From contig JAYWIR010000013.1 of assembly GCA_036172245.1 (NCBI GenBank), positions 434,001 to 498,000 on the forward strand: a DNA stretch of 64,000 bases, in the 5' to 3' direction. Position numbers and translations under genes: made by a program. The DNA comes from Raillietiella orientalis (taxonomy: Eukaryota). Shown in pieces: positions 12,695-25,000 of this stretch; position 1 is the first letter of the stretch, and the number at the start of each line of letters is the position of its first letter. The notes beneath the pieces are model-generated. The model ran no database searches and was not told the origin of the DNA. It was given only the letters and a program-made list of their open reading frames with translations.

Positions 12695-13310
12695 GCCAAA
12701 GATGCCTCCCGGTGGAGTTCTTCAAAAAAAGTTCATCCCGCGTCTCCATAACATTTACCGCGTGCGGAACGAGTCTTATGGGAGGAGGCGTAACAAAGAT
12801 GTGGGGTCGGCCTTACGGGATAAAGAACTCTGGTCCCCAGCCATCGCATAATCTTTTTCTGGAACTGGATGGTTCTTCCCATCCTCCGCTGCCGTACGAT
12901 GCTGAGTACACCGTGAAGAGCCTCCGGGAAGATTTCCTCCCGTCGCCTCCTCTCTCGCCTCCAGCTAGCTTTAAGTACGAGCTCTGCGGAAGATCTCCTT
13001 AAGTTGCCATGACCCAGAGAAGGGACTCCTGGATCCGATGGTTTGAACACTGCCTCCGCAGCCCGTCCGCGTCTTCCTGTCCTGGGCGGCGGCGGCGCCT
13101 TGAAGCTCAGCTCGTTAGCTTCTCGAAACCGTCATGGAAGAGCCAGAGTGCTTTCCTGATGGAGATGTACTAGGGGAGAGTCCGTGCCGCCAATCGTGGC
13201 TCGTCCTGAATTTTGGCCAGGATGTGGTGCGGTTCTCAGTGGTGGTGGAGACGAAGAGGATCGGGCAACTTTGAGCTCACAGGGAAGCCGCCCCAACGTG
13301 CGGGCCATCT
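12695..13310 (-). mobile_element. Degenerate Ty3/Gypsy pol relic (RNase H end and integrase N-terminus) next to LTR copy 1
   Basis: GRATIGGTDSPLVHL (cf. GR.F.I.TDH.PL..L), GRAAEAVFK (cf. N..ADALSR), RREEIFPEALHGVLSI (cf. R.EIL..LH..H.GI). Confidence 0.45.
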
Positions 13311-15799
13311 GCGGAAAGTCCCCCGCGCGCACGCGCGCGCGATCCGGGCGGACGCAACTCGGTCCAAACGCTATTGATCTTCGTGCGCGTGTCACCGGCA
13401 GCCGTGTGTGACTTCCCCCCTCCTCCTCCCCCCCCCACACTTCGGAGGCGCGAGTGCTTTCGCCGAATTGGCTGCGGGAGTGGTGGGGTGGGGTGCCTGG
13501 AAAGCGACGAATCCCCAGGTGAGCCGGGACTCCGACAATCGATCACGAGGCCGGAAGTCCGCACATCCGGGACGCCGGTGCCACCCCTCACACGATCCGC
13601 TTCCGGCTCTGTCGAACCGAGGCGCCGCTGCCCCGTGGGGAGCAAAAGAAGGAACGTTTCTCTGCAGACGCGTTCCCGACCTCTAATCTACGACAAATGA
13701 AACCGATGTGTCATCGCTGAGCCGCAGGTCTGTTCCCTGCTCAGGAGGGAGCAGTCCCCACTCTTTGCGCATGTCTCGCTTCCCTCCTGTCCCTCTCCCA
13801 TCTCTTGGTTATTAATTTTCTCATTCAGTCTGAACGAAACGTCCACGCTCGAACGGCGGTCTGGACGTCCGAGATCGTGGGGCCGAGCTGTATCTAACCG
13901 ATCCACGTTGTTTCCCACCCGGGTGCGCCGGGGCGTTTATTGCTAAACTATCCGATCCACGTTGTGGTGGCACTGCTGCGTACCCGATCCCCAATTAGAC
14001 TGATGGCCTGATAAGAAACGGAGTTTCTTTTCCTTCCTCCTCCTTCCCCACCAACGGAAAAGGGATTTTGGTTCCGAGATGCCACGAAAGTCCACCGAGA
14101 ACTGTGCTTTGCCGACAGTGGATTGCCCTGAAGCCAAAACACGAAAGCAGGTAACGCACCAGTGGTGGCGGAGTGTATGCGGGGAAAGTGCACGAGCCGT
14201 GGGAGATTGCGGACCAAACCGATCTTCTCGTCGGCTCGTACTTATTTTCTACGCGAAATGATGCGCCTTCTCGTTCCTTGGGTCCTTGAATTTCGGCTAC
14301 TCCCCAGGTGCACCGGAGCCGCGAGGAACCGCAGGACTGGATTTCGAGTTGCAGGAAGTGAAGTTGTTCGGTTTGGCGCCTTCTTCCCAACGGAGAATCA
14401 ACGGAATGTTCCAAAGGACCAACACGTGGTCGGGAATCACGGAAGACCAGGCACTTCCTCGGGAGAGTACGTATCACCGGTTCGCTCCCGGTCACCAAAA
14501 AGCGGGCGATCCCGGTTGTCTTAAATGAACGCTCGCTTCCGAGAAAAGACGCGCTGGATCTACTCGAAAAGGTCGAAGGTGAAAACACTTCCCGCAAGGG
14601 AGGAACGTTAAAAACGCTTCAAGTGCGCGCAGGACTGGTTTCCGGTTCCCAAACTTTGGTGAGCCAGCAGGGAATCCCCTCAGAGAACCCATTTCTTCCT
14701 CAGCGTTCCAACGCCTGCCGAGTTGCGCGTAGCAACGGAACCGGGCAGACGGACTGATGCAGCTGCAACGGAGGAAAAATTCGCTCGGACACCGATTTGA
14801 TTACTCCTTTTTCACGATTCCACGATACCGTCTTAGGCAATGGTGGGGAAACAACTCTTCGGGCTGTCAAATTTTGGTGCATCCTGCGTGCAGATTCGGT
14901 TTCCGGGAAAAGGTGTTCTCCATCGCTGTTTGTTACCCGAAAAATTTATCAACTGGATGATCTTTTCAACATCCTTCTGCTGTTACTGTTGATGCACGAT
15001 GCGTCTCTTAATTCGTTTCAGTCAGCACTGTCTCTGAAGGTCTCCGAGAAAGGGCGGGGGCGAGGGAGAACCACTGAAAAGCATTCCGCGGAAAGACGCA
15101 ATGGGAACGAACAATCTAGGAAAAAAATAGATGATGCACAATGAGCGAATTGATTTGCTTACCACCTCAACTCAAATGCCACTTCCGCGTGCTCTTCGAG
15201 CCATGTTCTTCAGGGCTTTGCGCTCGAACCCTTGTAACCGTGACCACCTCGAAAACGGCGACACGGTCGGCTGCTTGGGTGAATTGCAGCAAAACCTGCA
15301 TGGAGCTCGCAGGCGTGCGTTCAGCCCGAAATTGTTCTTGCATCTCTGAAGAGAAAAAAAAAAAAAAAAAAAACATGTTGCCTTAGCGATGACTGAAGAG
15401 CAGCACACCCTCTGCGAAAGGTTCACTCCCAGCCATTATCGGGAGCTTTAAATTTTTGGTTTGGATGCTAGATGACGCCAAAAGTAGGAGGCGATTACCT
15501 ACGAAAAGTACGCGTGAAGCAAATAGGCAGGAAAAATCGATAACTCAATAGAAATGAAAACCACTATTTTTCTCAGAAGGACAGTTTGGGATCGGGCGAT
15601 GATTAGTAAAAGCAAACAGAAAACGAGAACGCAATTTCCGGTTTCGGTGCAGTGACGGCTGGTCTTCAGATACGGTTGCCCTCAGCCAGGAACGGGCACG
15701 TCGACGTGAAATGGGAACCGATCGGGACTCGTTATTTATGATGAGGCATTTACTCAGGCGCAGAGGAGAAAATTCACTTTACTCGTGAGTGTTGTGGAG

Positions 15800-16330
15800 A
15801 TCTTCCTCTTCGATAAACACGTCGAGATGTGGGCGACTGCACCAACGTACCATGTGCGATTTAGAAATCTGTACGTGCGTATATTTCCCTTCCTTCGACA
15901 GCACGTTTTTTGATCAGCTCTGAGAGCCTTTACCCATCCCTTCGGCAAGTTCCGAGTACGCTTATACATCACGGCTGTACTCTAATTGAATGAGGTTACT
16001 AATATCGGTACGAATTCGCATTACGTTGCTTGTCGCAAACTTGGCATCTCTGCCTATTGATTCCCCGTATTCGCTGCTTGACTTATTGTATTACCTGATA
16101 TGATTGTACAGTTCTTGTCAGCTTGGCTTAGGGTATTCCAATACTCCGTTTCCAATACGGTGGCGACTGCTCATCAGAAATATTTTGAATGCGCGAAGCA
16201 TTAGTGATCGTTCACTCGCGTTACGTAGATGTGCATCGATGGTTTTAAATTCGTTTTTCAATTCTTTGTGTACTAATTAGTCAATTCGTGCGAGCTTATT
16301 TAGTCTTGATTTAGTCATTCCGTACGTCAC
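15800..16330 (-). mobile_element. Possible LINE ORF2 C-terminal relic
   Basis: Weak similarity: LRNASERSLMLRAF...VLEYP...GRDAKF (cf. L..A...K..AY...RP.LEY...QRRAARF). Confidence 0.25.
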
Positions 16331-19028
16331 CGTATTCGAAAAAGTTCAGGTGCGTCGCAATGCCATCCCAGCATCACATCAAGACTTCGGGATTCCGCGT
16401 GGAAGGAACATGGTTCCCACCAACGGTACCCGGGTGAACACTGCATTAAAAACACACACACACGAAGATGCCTTTCCCCTTTCCACATCTGCATACAAAC
16501 ACCATTTCGCCTGGCATGCAGCGCACATACGTACGCGTCGTGCACACAGGCTGATTAAAAGCGTATAATGCAAACGTACGCAAAGCGCACTCGGACGCAG
16601 GTGGACAGATATGTGGTACACAAAACACGTGCAATCGTGTCTAATGGATGGAAATGATGTTTGCGGAAATGAAGAGTAGCTGCAGACAGGAATGCTGCTG
16701 CACTCACCAAGAAAATCTGTGTCGACGATGCGTGTACCCAGAGTCTTTTCCAAGACCAGCGGCACGTGCTTAACAATGCAGTTTGTTGACCGACTGACAT
16801 GATCTGGGTACGTGGAAAGGTGAAGAACGCTGCGGACTCGGAAGGACGCGACGGACCGACTGTCCCTCCATTGAAACCGCTCCTTCCTTGGTGCTGTGTG
16901 ATCCGCAGTTCTTGTGCGCGAAAGGTCTGTTTTCTCGGGAGTTCGGTGAAGTCCCAACACCTCCAAGCGCGGTTGACCTCCGCGTCAACATCAGGGAAGA
17001 GAGGAATTTTGTTTTATTTCTTTCTGCGAAGCTCCTGTCGATCATTTCCCCTCCCCTCCTTCCCCCTCCCACTCGAAACGAAAACATCGACAGAACGAAA
17101 GTTCATAAAAGGATGATGCGTGGGAATAAACAAAACGAAACAACACGCGATTGCGAAACCTCCGATTGTCTTCCGAATAGGAAGCGGAAACACCGGGCGG
17201 CGGGAGGAGGGGAGGGGAAAGACTTTTAGAGTACGAAAATGACGGATCGGCGGTCATCTCCGAGTGTTCGATGCCAGCCCAAAAGACTGCAGACGACGCC
17301 ATCCGAAGTTTTTCTTGTCTCGCTCGACTGTTTGCTCCATCAAATGCTGCCGACCTCAGGCACTGACCCTTTGGAAGCGAAGGTCCTTGAATACTTGCAA
17401 GGGCAGGCTCTCGTGCTTCCCACGAGAAGACGACCTGGAAATCGGCAGCTTGGATCTTCACTGCATCCTGCTGAATCTCCTCATGGTCGTTTCCATGGTC
17501 GGCAGCATCCTCCCAACGACCGGCATAGTGAGAGGTACAGAAACAGGATGTCAAAAAAAATAAATTTTGACGGTAACTGAGGCGTTCCACGGTTCTCATC
17601 GTGGAATCTCCTTAGGCGGGAGACTCATGCAAGCACGGAAAAATTCCTTGTTCCCGAATTGCGAGCGTCGACTTCGTAAGCGGGAAGTCCTGCCTGCGGA
17701 GCATCCAGGACTTCCCGCTGTCGAGCCGCAAAGGACGTATCTCATGAAACAGCGTTCTCCAGGAAGGGATCCATCCCTCTTCCTCGGGAGAACCTGCCCA
17801 CCGCCCCAAACAGGAGAAATATGGAAGCACGAGAATGACTGTCTCCGCCAGGAAGATCTTTCAGGAGAAGCGTGGGCCGAGGAGGTTACGAATCCATCGC
17901 TCGCAGTGGATCTCGCCGTGAGGTGTGGCGCGAATGACGCAGAGCAATCTGGTCATCGAAAGGTGACCTGAAAAGTTGCCGTTTACAGGCAGGCACGAGT
18001 GCTCACCAACTTGAGGGAAACCCTGGAGGAGGAGAAGAAAAGGTTGTCCTTGGAGTTGCTCTTCGAGCTTTCAAGTGAAAACCCTGAGGGAAAATTTCGG
18101 TTTCATCCCAGACGCTTCCGCAGTGATCTCATCGGAGTCATGGATCGCTCGGCACCCCACCCCCCCTTCCCGCCGGCGCGCGGCACCCATCGTCCCGCTT
18201 CTCTGACACATCATTTGTTTCGGGTTAACTGCGATGCGCCGCTCCCTCGGAGTATCCGTCCGCTTCCTTCCTTCCTTTCTTCCCTTCCCTTCCTTTCTCC
18301 CCTCGTCTCCCATTCGTTCCACGAGCTTCACTTGGGCCCGGTTCCGGCAGGGAGTTCGTGCCCTCCTGAAGTCCATCAGCCGATTTTCTGATGGAAGAAA
18401 GGATAACAGTCCGGAAGAGGAGGGGAGGGAGAGGGGGGGAGGAAGGGAGAGAAATTTTCATCCCGTAACCGCTAATTCCGCTCCAGCGTTTCGCGTGACG
18501 CGGAGCAATCTCCTCCATCTCCGGCTGTCGGTCACAAATTAACCATGTTCGCTGCGCCTCCCCTGACAACGTGAGGCAGATTTGGGGTGCTGTTAGTCCC
18601 GGCTGGCAAGCGGTGGATTGGTGGATTTGGTGGCGCAACGAATGCAGTCCGGCCCGGAAGGCCGGGACCAGGAAGGACCGAACGCAGCTCGCTGAAGCAT
18701 CCCTTCCTCGTTGTCTTCGTTGGCTCCTTCCGTAAGCTAAAGCAGCAGCCTTAATCTTACCCCGGAAGCGAGCAAGGCAGGGCAAGGATTCTCCGAACGA
18801 GTAGCGGCACCCGAGGCGGCGGGATGCTCCCCGGTGCCATCCTCCAGCTTGCGCCGCAGCTGACGACGAAAAAGATATCCTCTTTCCCTACGCTGGACCC
18901 TGCCTGCACCTACCTTCCTTGCGGAGGCTTCCCGGTGAAACTTCGGGCCCGTCCTCGACTCGGAGAAACGGGGAAAACCCGGCGCGCGGAATTAGACCTG
19001 GCGACTCTGCACCCGAAGAAAGAAGAGG

Positions 19029-22000
19029 ATGGATGGATGTAGGCAAGGGTCGACCTCCGTCTCACCGAGCATCGAGTCGCTGACCCTACTTCCCAATCAC
19101 AAGCTGCCACCGAGCACCCTAAAGAGTGGCAGTGGCTCATGGAGTGATGGAAGAAACTGTGTGCGGCGAACCGTGGAAGGCACGGCGACGTCCGTTGCTT
19201 GGAGCCATCGCGAGTCAGAGAGAACGTGGTCGGACAGCAGCACAAGCAAGATGGAAGCATCGAGAATCTGCGGGCGTTCTGCTGGTTGTTCTTTTCTTTT
19301 TTTTAAAAAAAAAAAAAAGAAAGAGAAACGCAGCCATCGCCCGGATCTTCGACCCGAGGCGGTCACCGGAAATCACTGCAAGCTGCAAGACCGCCGCCGG
19401 ATCAGAGGTTGGTACCCCTGAACCAAGTCCAAGAGCGATTCCGAGTTACGGAAACAAGGAAACAAATAAGGATACCATCATGATACATTTTCGCAGGGAT
19501 TTGGGGGTCCGCCATCCGAGTACCGGGTGCGCGGGCGTGGGCGTGCGAGGAAGGAACCTTCTGGAACCGGGGAGGGGAAGGCAGCTGCACCCGCCGGCGC
19601 GCCTCTCGAAATCGCGGATCTTCAGAGCACCGCAGGAGCATCGCCCGTATGAAGCAATTAGCAGATCGAAATCGGTAGGACCTCTCACGTGAGGCGGTTC
19701 TCATGCACCAGCCCTGCCAGATGAGCCCGTGGACACGAAGCGCTGCCGTCTTCCCTCGTGGGGTTCCGGCTCCTTCATTCCTTGGCGCCTCCCCCGCCCC
19801 CTGGAACCGTTGTTCTCCGCTTCTGGCCGATCGACAACCTCCGGCCGATCCCGTGATCTGTCTCGAGCTGCTACCCCGATTCGTCCGGTCGACCTCTGTC
19901 CGCGATCGCGCTGGCCAGCGGCGCGTCGACGGGTCTGCTGAAGGAGAGCCTTGCCCGTGGGGCGCGTTGGAAGTCCAGCCTGGAGCTCGCACGACGCGGC
20001 GGGGTGCACTGCGCCTGCCCACCGGAAAACGCTGCGCGGCTGCTTGTGCCGACTTAGCAATCCTGTTTCCTTTTCCGAACCGAGAGAAGGAGGATCCGGG
20101 AATCATGCGGTGAGCGCACCTCGTGTCGTCTCACGAGTCCAGTCCAGGAATGAAAACAGGGAGGAGAGAAATCCCTTCCCTCGCTGCCCCTCCCGAAGAC
20201 TCCGTGCTTCTGGACTCTTCGATGGCATCTTGCTGACGTCACGGAGACCGTTCGGGAAGCGTCGCCCGCTGTGATCCGCAGCCTGCCTGCCTGACAGGGC
20301 GGCACCTGCGTGCGAGGGAGTGCGGTTTAGCAGGGAGGGAGGGAAGAGGCTCCTGCGCAGGTGTCGCTTCATCCCCCTCAGGTAATCAGCGATGAACACG
20401 CGCGGTCCTTTCGTAGGGTGCGTTGAGACGGCGGAGGAAGTGTCCGGGGTGCATCTGCAGCAACCCTCCGTCTGTCGGCCTCTTTGCCCCCCTCTCGGGC
20501 CGGGTCGGTCTTCTGAGACTCTTCCTCCAGCCGGTGCGCCAATGGACCGACCCTCCCGGCCCCTAGAAGATACGGACGGCGGCGGGCCTCGGACTGATGC
20601 CGAGACAGGGGTGAAGAGCGCGGCCACCGCGGTCTCCGGAAGAGTTTGATGCATGGAGGAGCTGCCTTCTGGATGCGTTCCCGAACGATCGTCTGAGGGC
20701 GAGAAATTCACGCCGGGCACACGAACCCGCGCTGGAACCGGTCCCTCCCTCCGTCCAGCCTGATTCTTGCAGCAGCCCGCGTGGCCCTGGAAGCATCCCG
20801 CCTGCCCTCTTTCCCGTTCGCCCTCCGTCCGGGATCACTGGACGGTCTTTGGCCGAAAAGAGTCCCACGGATTGCAGGGAGCAGAGACGCCTACCCGGCA
20901 TCCTCTGGCAAGGACCTCACCTTGCGGGAGGAAAACTCTTTCGAACCGCAGACCTACGGAGGGAAACGCCCAGGCTCCTCTCTTCCGGGATCCTCAAGAA
21001 AAACGCTCCTTTGGTAGCCGACTGGATGGGCAACTTGGCAACCTGACGGCGGTGGGCGGGCTCCGCTGCGAGCATTCGAGCGAGCAAGACGTTCCCTTCC
21101 CTCCCGCGAAGTAGTCCAGGAAGGTTCAGGTCCAGGAAGAAGGGCGCAACCCAGGAAGGAAACCGCTGCGCCACAACACCGGTCGTTCTGCTGCCGCCGG
21201 GCGCTCGGATTTTCAGGTCACCTGGTGCCTCGCAAGCCGGTAGCGGCCAGGGCGACTGAGAGCTTTCCGGATGCACCGAAGGACGGGGTGTGAGATGGGG
21301 GAGTCCTCCTCGAGTTTCAGCCGGGAAGAAGGAGCAAGGGTTGAAGAGGAGAAGGAAGGGGAAACGAACAGCGCACGCGTGTCTCCTCGACGACGGTACT
21401 CGGAGGGAGCCGCTGCTCCTGGACGGCACTCCGTGCTGCGGAGCTCAGCTTCCCTGGCCGCCTCCCGCAGCCAGCTGGCCGATCGATCGGACCATGGCGG
21501 ATTCTGTGCTTCTGCAGCAGCACGATCGATCCGCCCAGGCCTCCTCTTCTCAGAGAAGGGCGCGCGCACAGGACCTGAAGCGGAGGCCTGCAAGGCGGCA
21601 GCCAGCCCGGAGCGCAGCCGCCGGACCGCCGACGGCGTGGCGGCGACTTCGTCCTGCCAGGCGGAGGGGAGGTGGAAGGGAAGGGACAGACGCCTCCCCC
21701 ACCCGGTGAGAAGCCTGTGTGTGCCCCTCCTCTTCTCCTCTGCCTCGCGAGAGACGAAGGACTCACGACGAATTTCGGGGCGCTCCCAGTTCCGGAAAAA
21801 CCTGCCTGCCTCTCCAAAGAAGAGCCGCCGGGAACCTCCTCCTGCCTTGGTCCTCCGTCTGCTCCCCCCTCGCGCACGCAAGGAATCTAAGCAGATTTGA
21901 TACCGAACGCGAGTGTGGCACGCAGCCACACCCATTCCCGAATTCCCAAAGAACTCCGGGAACGCATGCTACGGGATCATAGGTGTTCGCCCCTTCCCTA

Positions 22001-25000
22001 TTCTCTCCTTACTTTTGATTCCCCTCCGGAGCGACACGGATCTCCCGCCAGAGATCCGTCCCCAAGGAGATTCGTCGAGTCAAGGAATTCTTGCTGAGGG
22101 TCCGACACCGGGTGAAGGAGGGTGCAGAGATCCCTAGGACCACGCACTTGGGCACAGGCAAGGGAGGAGGGAGGAGTAAGTAGCGGCGATCCGAACCTCG
22201 AAACGACCAGCCGCGTTCCTGCACCACCTCCCCCAAAGGGATGGGTGGGGTAGGGCGGATGGCTAGGGATCCACCAGAACTTTTTCGCCCAGGGGACGCG
22301 GAGGATTTCCCTCGGCTTCTACCGGGTCCGCTGCTGCGAAAGGGACCGGAAGGAGGGCGCGACCCCCCACGGCGGCGACCTCTGCCGTTCCTTCCCGCTG
22401 GGAGATGAGATTGATCGCCGGTTTCCCGCTTTATCCCTGCTCTCTCTCTCCTCTCCCCGACTCGGTAAGTGGGGGAGTGTGGAGCCGACCTTTCCGCGCT
22501 GTCGCGAGGATGCCGAAGAGGAAGGGAGGGAGTGGAATCGCACCCGGGAGTATGCTGACCCGGTACTCCTTCTTCTTCTTCATCATCTTTTCTTTGCAGG
22601 CACGCAGACTTTCAGCAAGGACAGGTTCGGGTCAGGGAAGGACACGAGCCCGAGGTGCTGCAACCGGACCACGATAAGCGCGCTGATAGGGACGGTCCTT
22701 TTTTGCTTCGTGTCCGTCTCCTTGGCGATGATCATGCACAGCATCAAGTATATCTACGTCAGGCACCTCCCGGGCAGCGGTTACGGCCACGTCTCCAACT
22801 TTTCCGCTGGGATGATGGAGGGCAACCTGACCTCGAATCACGAGGCCGTGACCATCCACGTGAGTGTTTTGACCTGGGGAGGCACTTCCTCGTCCTTCAC
22901 TCGTCATATCCCTCTCGGGATGGTTGCCCCGGGTCCGAGTTTTGCTTTCTTTCGGTTCTCCTCCTTTCTCAAGCAGCACCGCTGCAGGGCGAGATGCAGG
23001 AGGTCGGGCCTTCGGTGAACGCGGGGAACCTCGGATCGGCCGGGGCAGTGCGGTTATCCCGTCCTGGCATCTACTCCGATCCGATCCATCGCAGGAAGGG
23101 ATGACGGGTCGACTTCCGAACGGAAGTCGTCGGGAAACGCGGATCCTGGAGGGGGTCAGCGGGAACTCCGAGGAGGGCAGCGTGGCGCGTCGGTACGGGC
23201 GCAGTTAGGAGTTTCTTCTGGACTCGTGGGCTGGCGCTGCTTCGGACGAGCTGGTGATGCCGAACCGGCGGTGCTATCGGAGGTGGAGTCTGGAGCCCCG
23301 TCCTTGCAAAGTCCCTACCCCGACGGGCTAATCCCCTCCGGGGCAACGGAACCGAGTGGTCCGATCCCGGCCAGGACTAAACACGGGCTACTCTCCAGAA
23401 AGAGCAGACCCGGAGGGCCCCTAGATGGAGGAGGAGGCGCAACAGGAATCCCACACCCGCTCGGCCGGGATGGGGCGACCGGCAGGGATGAGGAATTCGG
23501 TCCGACGTCACCCGCTTTCGAGCTCGGCGCACGAAGCGGCGGCCACAGCCTGATCCGCTCCTTCCCCGTTGCCTAGGAGACAGCCGGACCAGCCAGTTGT
23601 CCTCCTTTTGCCAGACGTGTATCCCTTGCGTGTCCATTCGGGTGGTCAGTGGGTGAGACCCCACTGGAGAGCACGGGGATATTCCCAGTGCGTGGATGGC
23701 TGTTCCCCAGGAGTTTGTCTGGCTTCCAGGTTGGCGCAAGCGGCGGTAAAGAGCAGACGTGGGTGGGAGACGTGGCTCTGTAAGGCAAAGGCGCCGCATG
23801 AGTCCTAGCGAGGGGCACACACCACCAGGTGTCCCTGGGATCGCGGCCGGCAGCTCCTCTTCGCAGAGCCGTCCCCTCGCTGCTGTCCGCTCCTCTCCTG
23901 CCCAGACCAGGCAGGGAGGCTCATTCTTCGTCGCCGCCGTCGCACCGTTAGCAACTGCAGTTGCTAACGGTGCGTTCCTCACTGTCGCGAGATGGCCCGT
24001 CTTCCGAAAACCGTCCGGTCGCTTTGACGGGGGTCCCGCCCAATAGGAATGCGGTCCGCGCGCCGACCTCAACGTGAGAGCGATGGCGCGTGCCGTCGCC
24101 GCTTGACCCCCTGCGGATGCATGCCATCTCCGAAACCGACCCCGTCTCGAAGGAGCTGCTCTCCCGGGACGAAAGCCTCCGCCCTCTCCCGGATTCTCTC
24201 CGTCACTGCCGCCTCTCCGCTCCCAGAATTGGCGACTCGCTTCGGCTGATGTCATGATGACATCGGTCGAAGCGGATGGAGGACAAAGGGAACCTCAGGA
24301 GTGGATAGGACCCCCGACGCAGCACGATAAAGTGCTGGCGAGCGATCTGCGCTCCACAAGCAGCAGCTGACGCCGTGGAGACCACGGCGGGTGGAGGAAC
24401 CGGGCGGCGGCGAGTACTGGGGAGCGCCAGACGGTCGAGAACCCCGTGTTCGAATCCCGTTTATTCGGTGGCAGCAGGAAACATTCGGAGAGGACCCTCC
24501 TGCTCAAGTGGTGTCTCCGGACCAGAAGAAGCGAGTTCTCGTCCACGGCACCTAGCGCCAGCGCCGTCCTGGGACCCCTTCATCCATCCACCCCTCCCCC
24601 CTCACTCCTCCCACCCCAGAAGTTCCGATCTCACAGGGACAGCTCGGGAGCGCCGGAATGGCGGCATCAGTCGAGCCGGTTGCAGTCCGCCGCAGCTTCA
24701 GGTAGCCCTGAAGCTACCACAGAATGGCGGCGGGAACTCCTTCAAAGCAGCGACGACCTTGTTGCCACATTGGCGAAGGCAATCCCCTCCGGTGGGCGGA
24801 CCACAGACGCGTGCTCCAGGCATTCATTCAAAGGCCGTTCGGTGGTGGCTAGGAGGATGCGCGACCTATCCGGTGGAGGTGAACGACCTGGCCGAGGTGA
24901 CCAGCTTAGCAGCCGCCGGCGAGAGGAAGAAAAAAGCATGGAACGAGATGTCCTCGCTCGTTTCCGGGGGTCGGGCCGCCATCATCGGCTCGTCGTCCTG

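Noticed and set aside
16141..16177. Minus-strand hammerhead-like string CTGATGAG...GAAAC..GTA
   Set aside because: The stem II closing pair is wrong and stem I cannot form.
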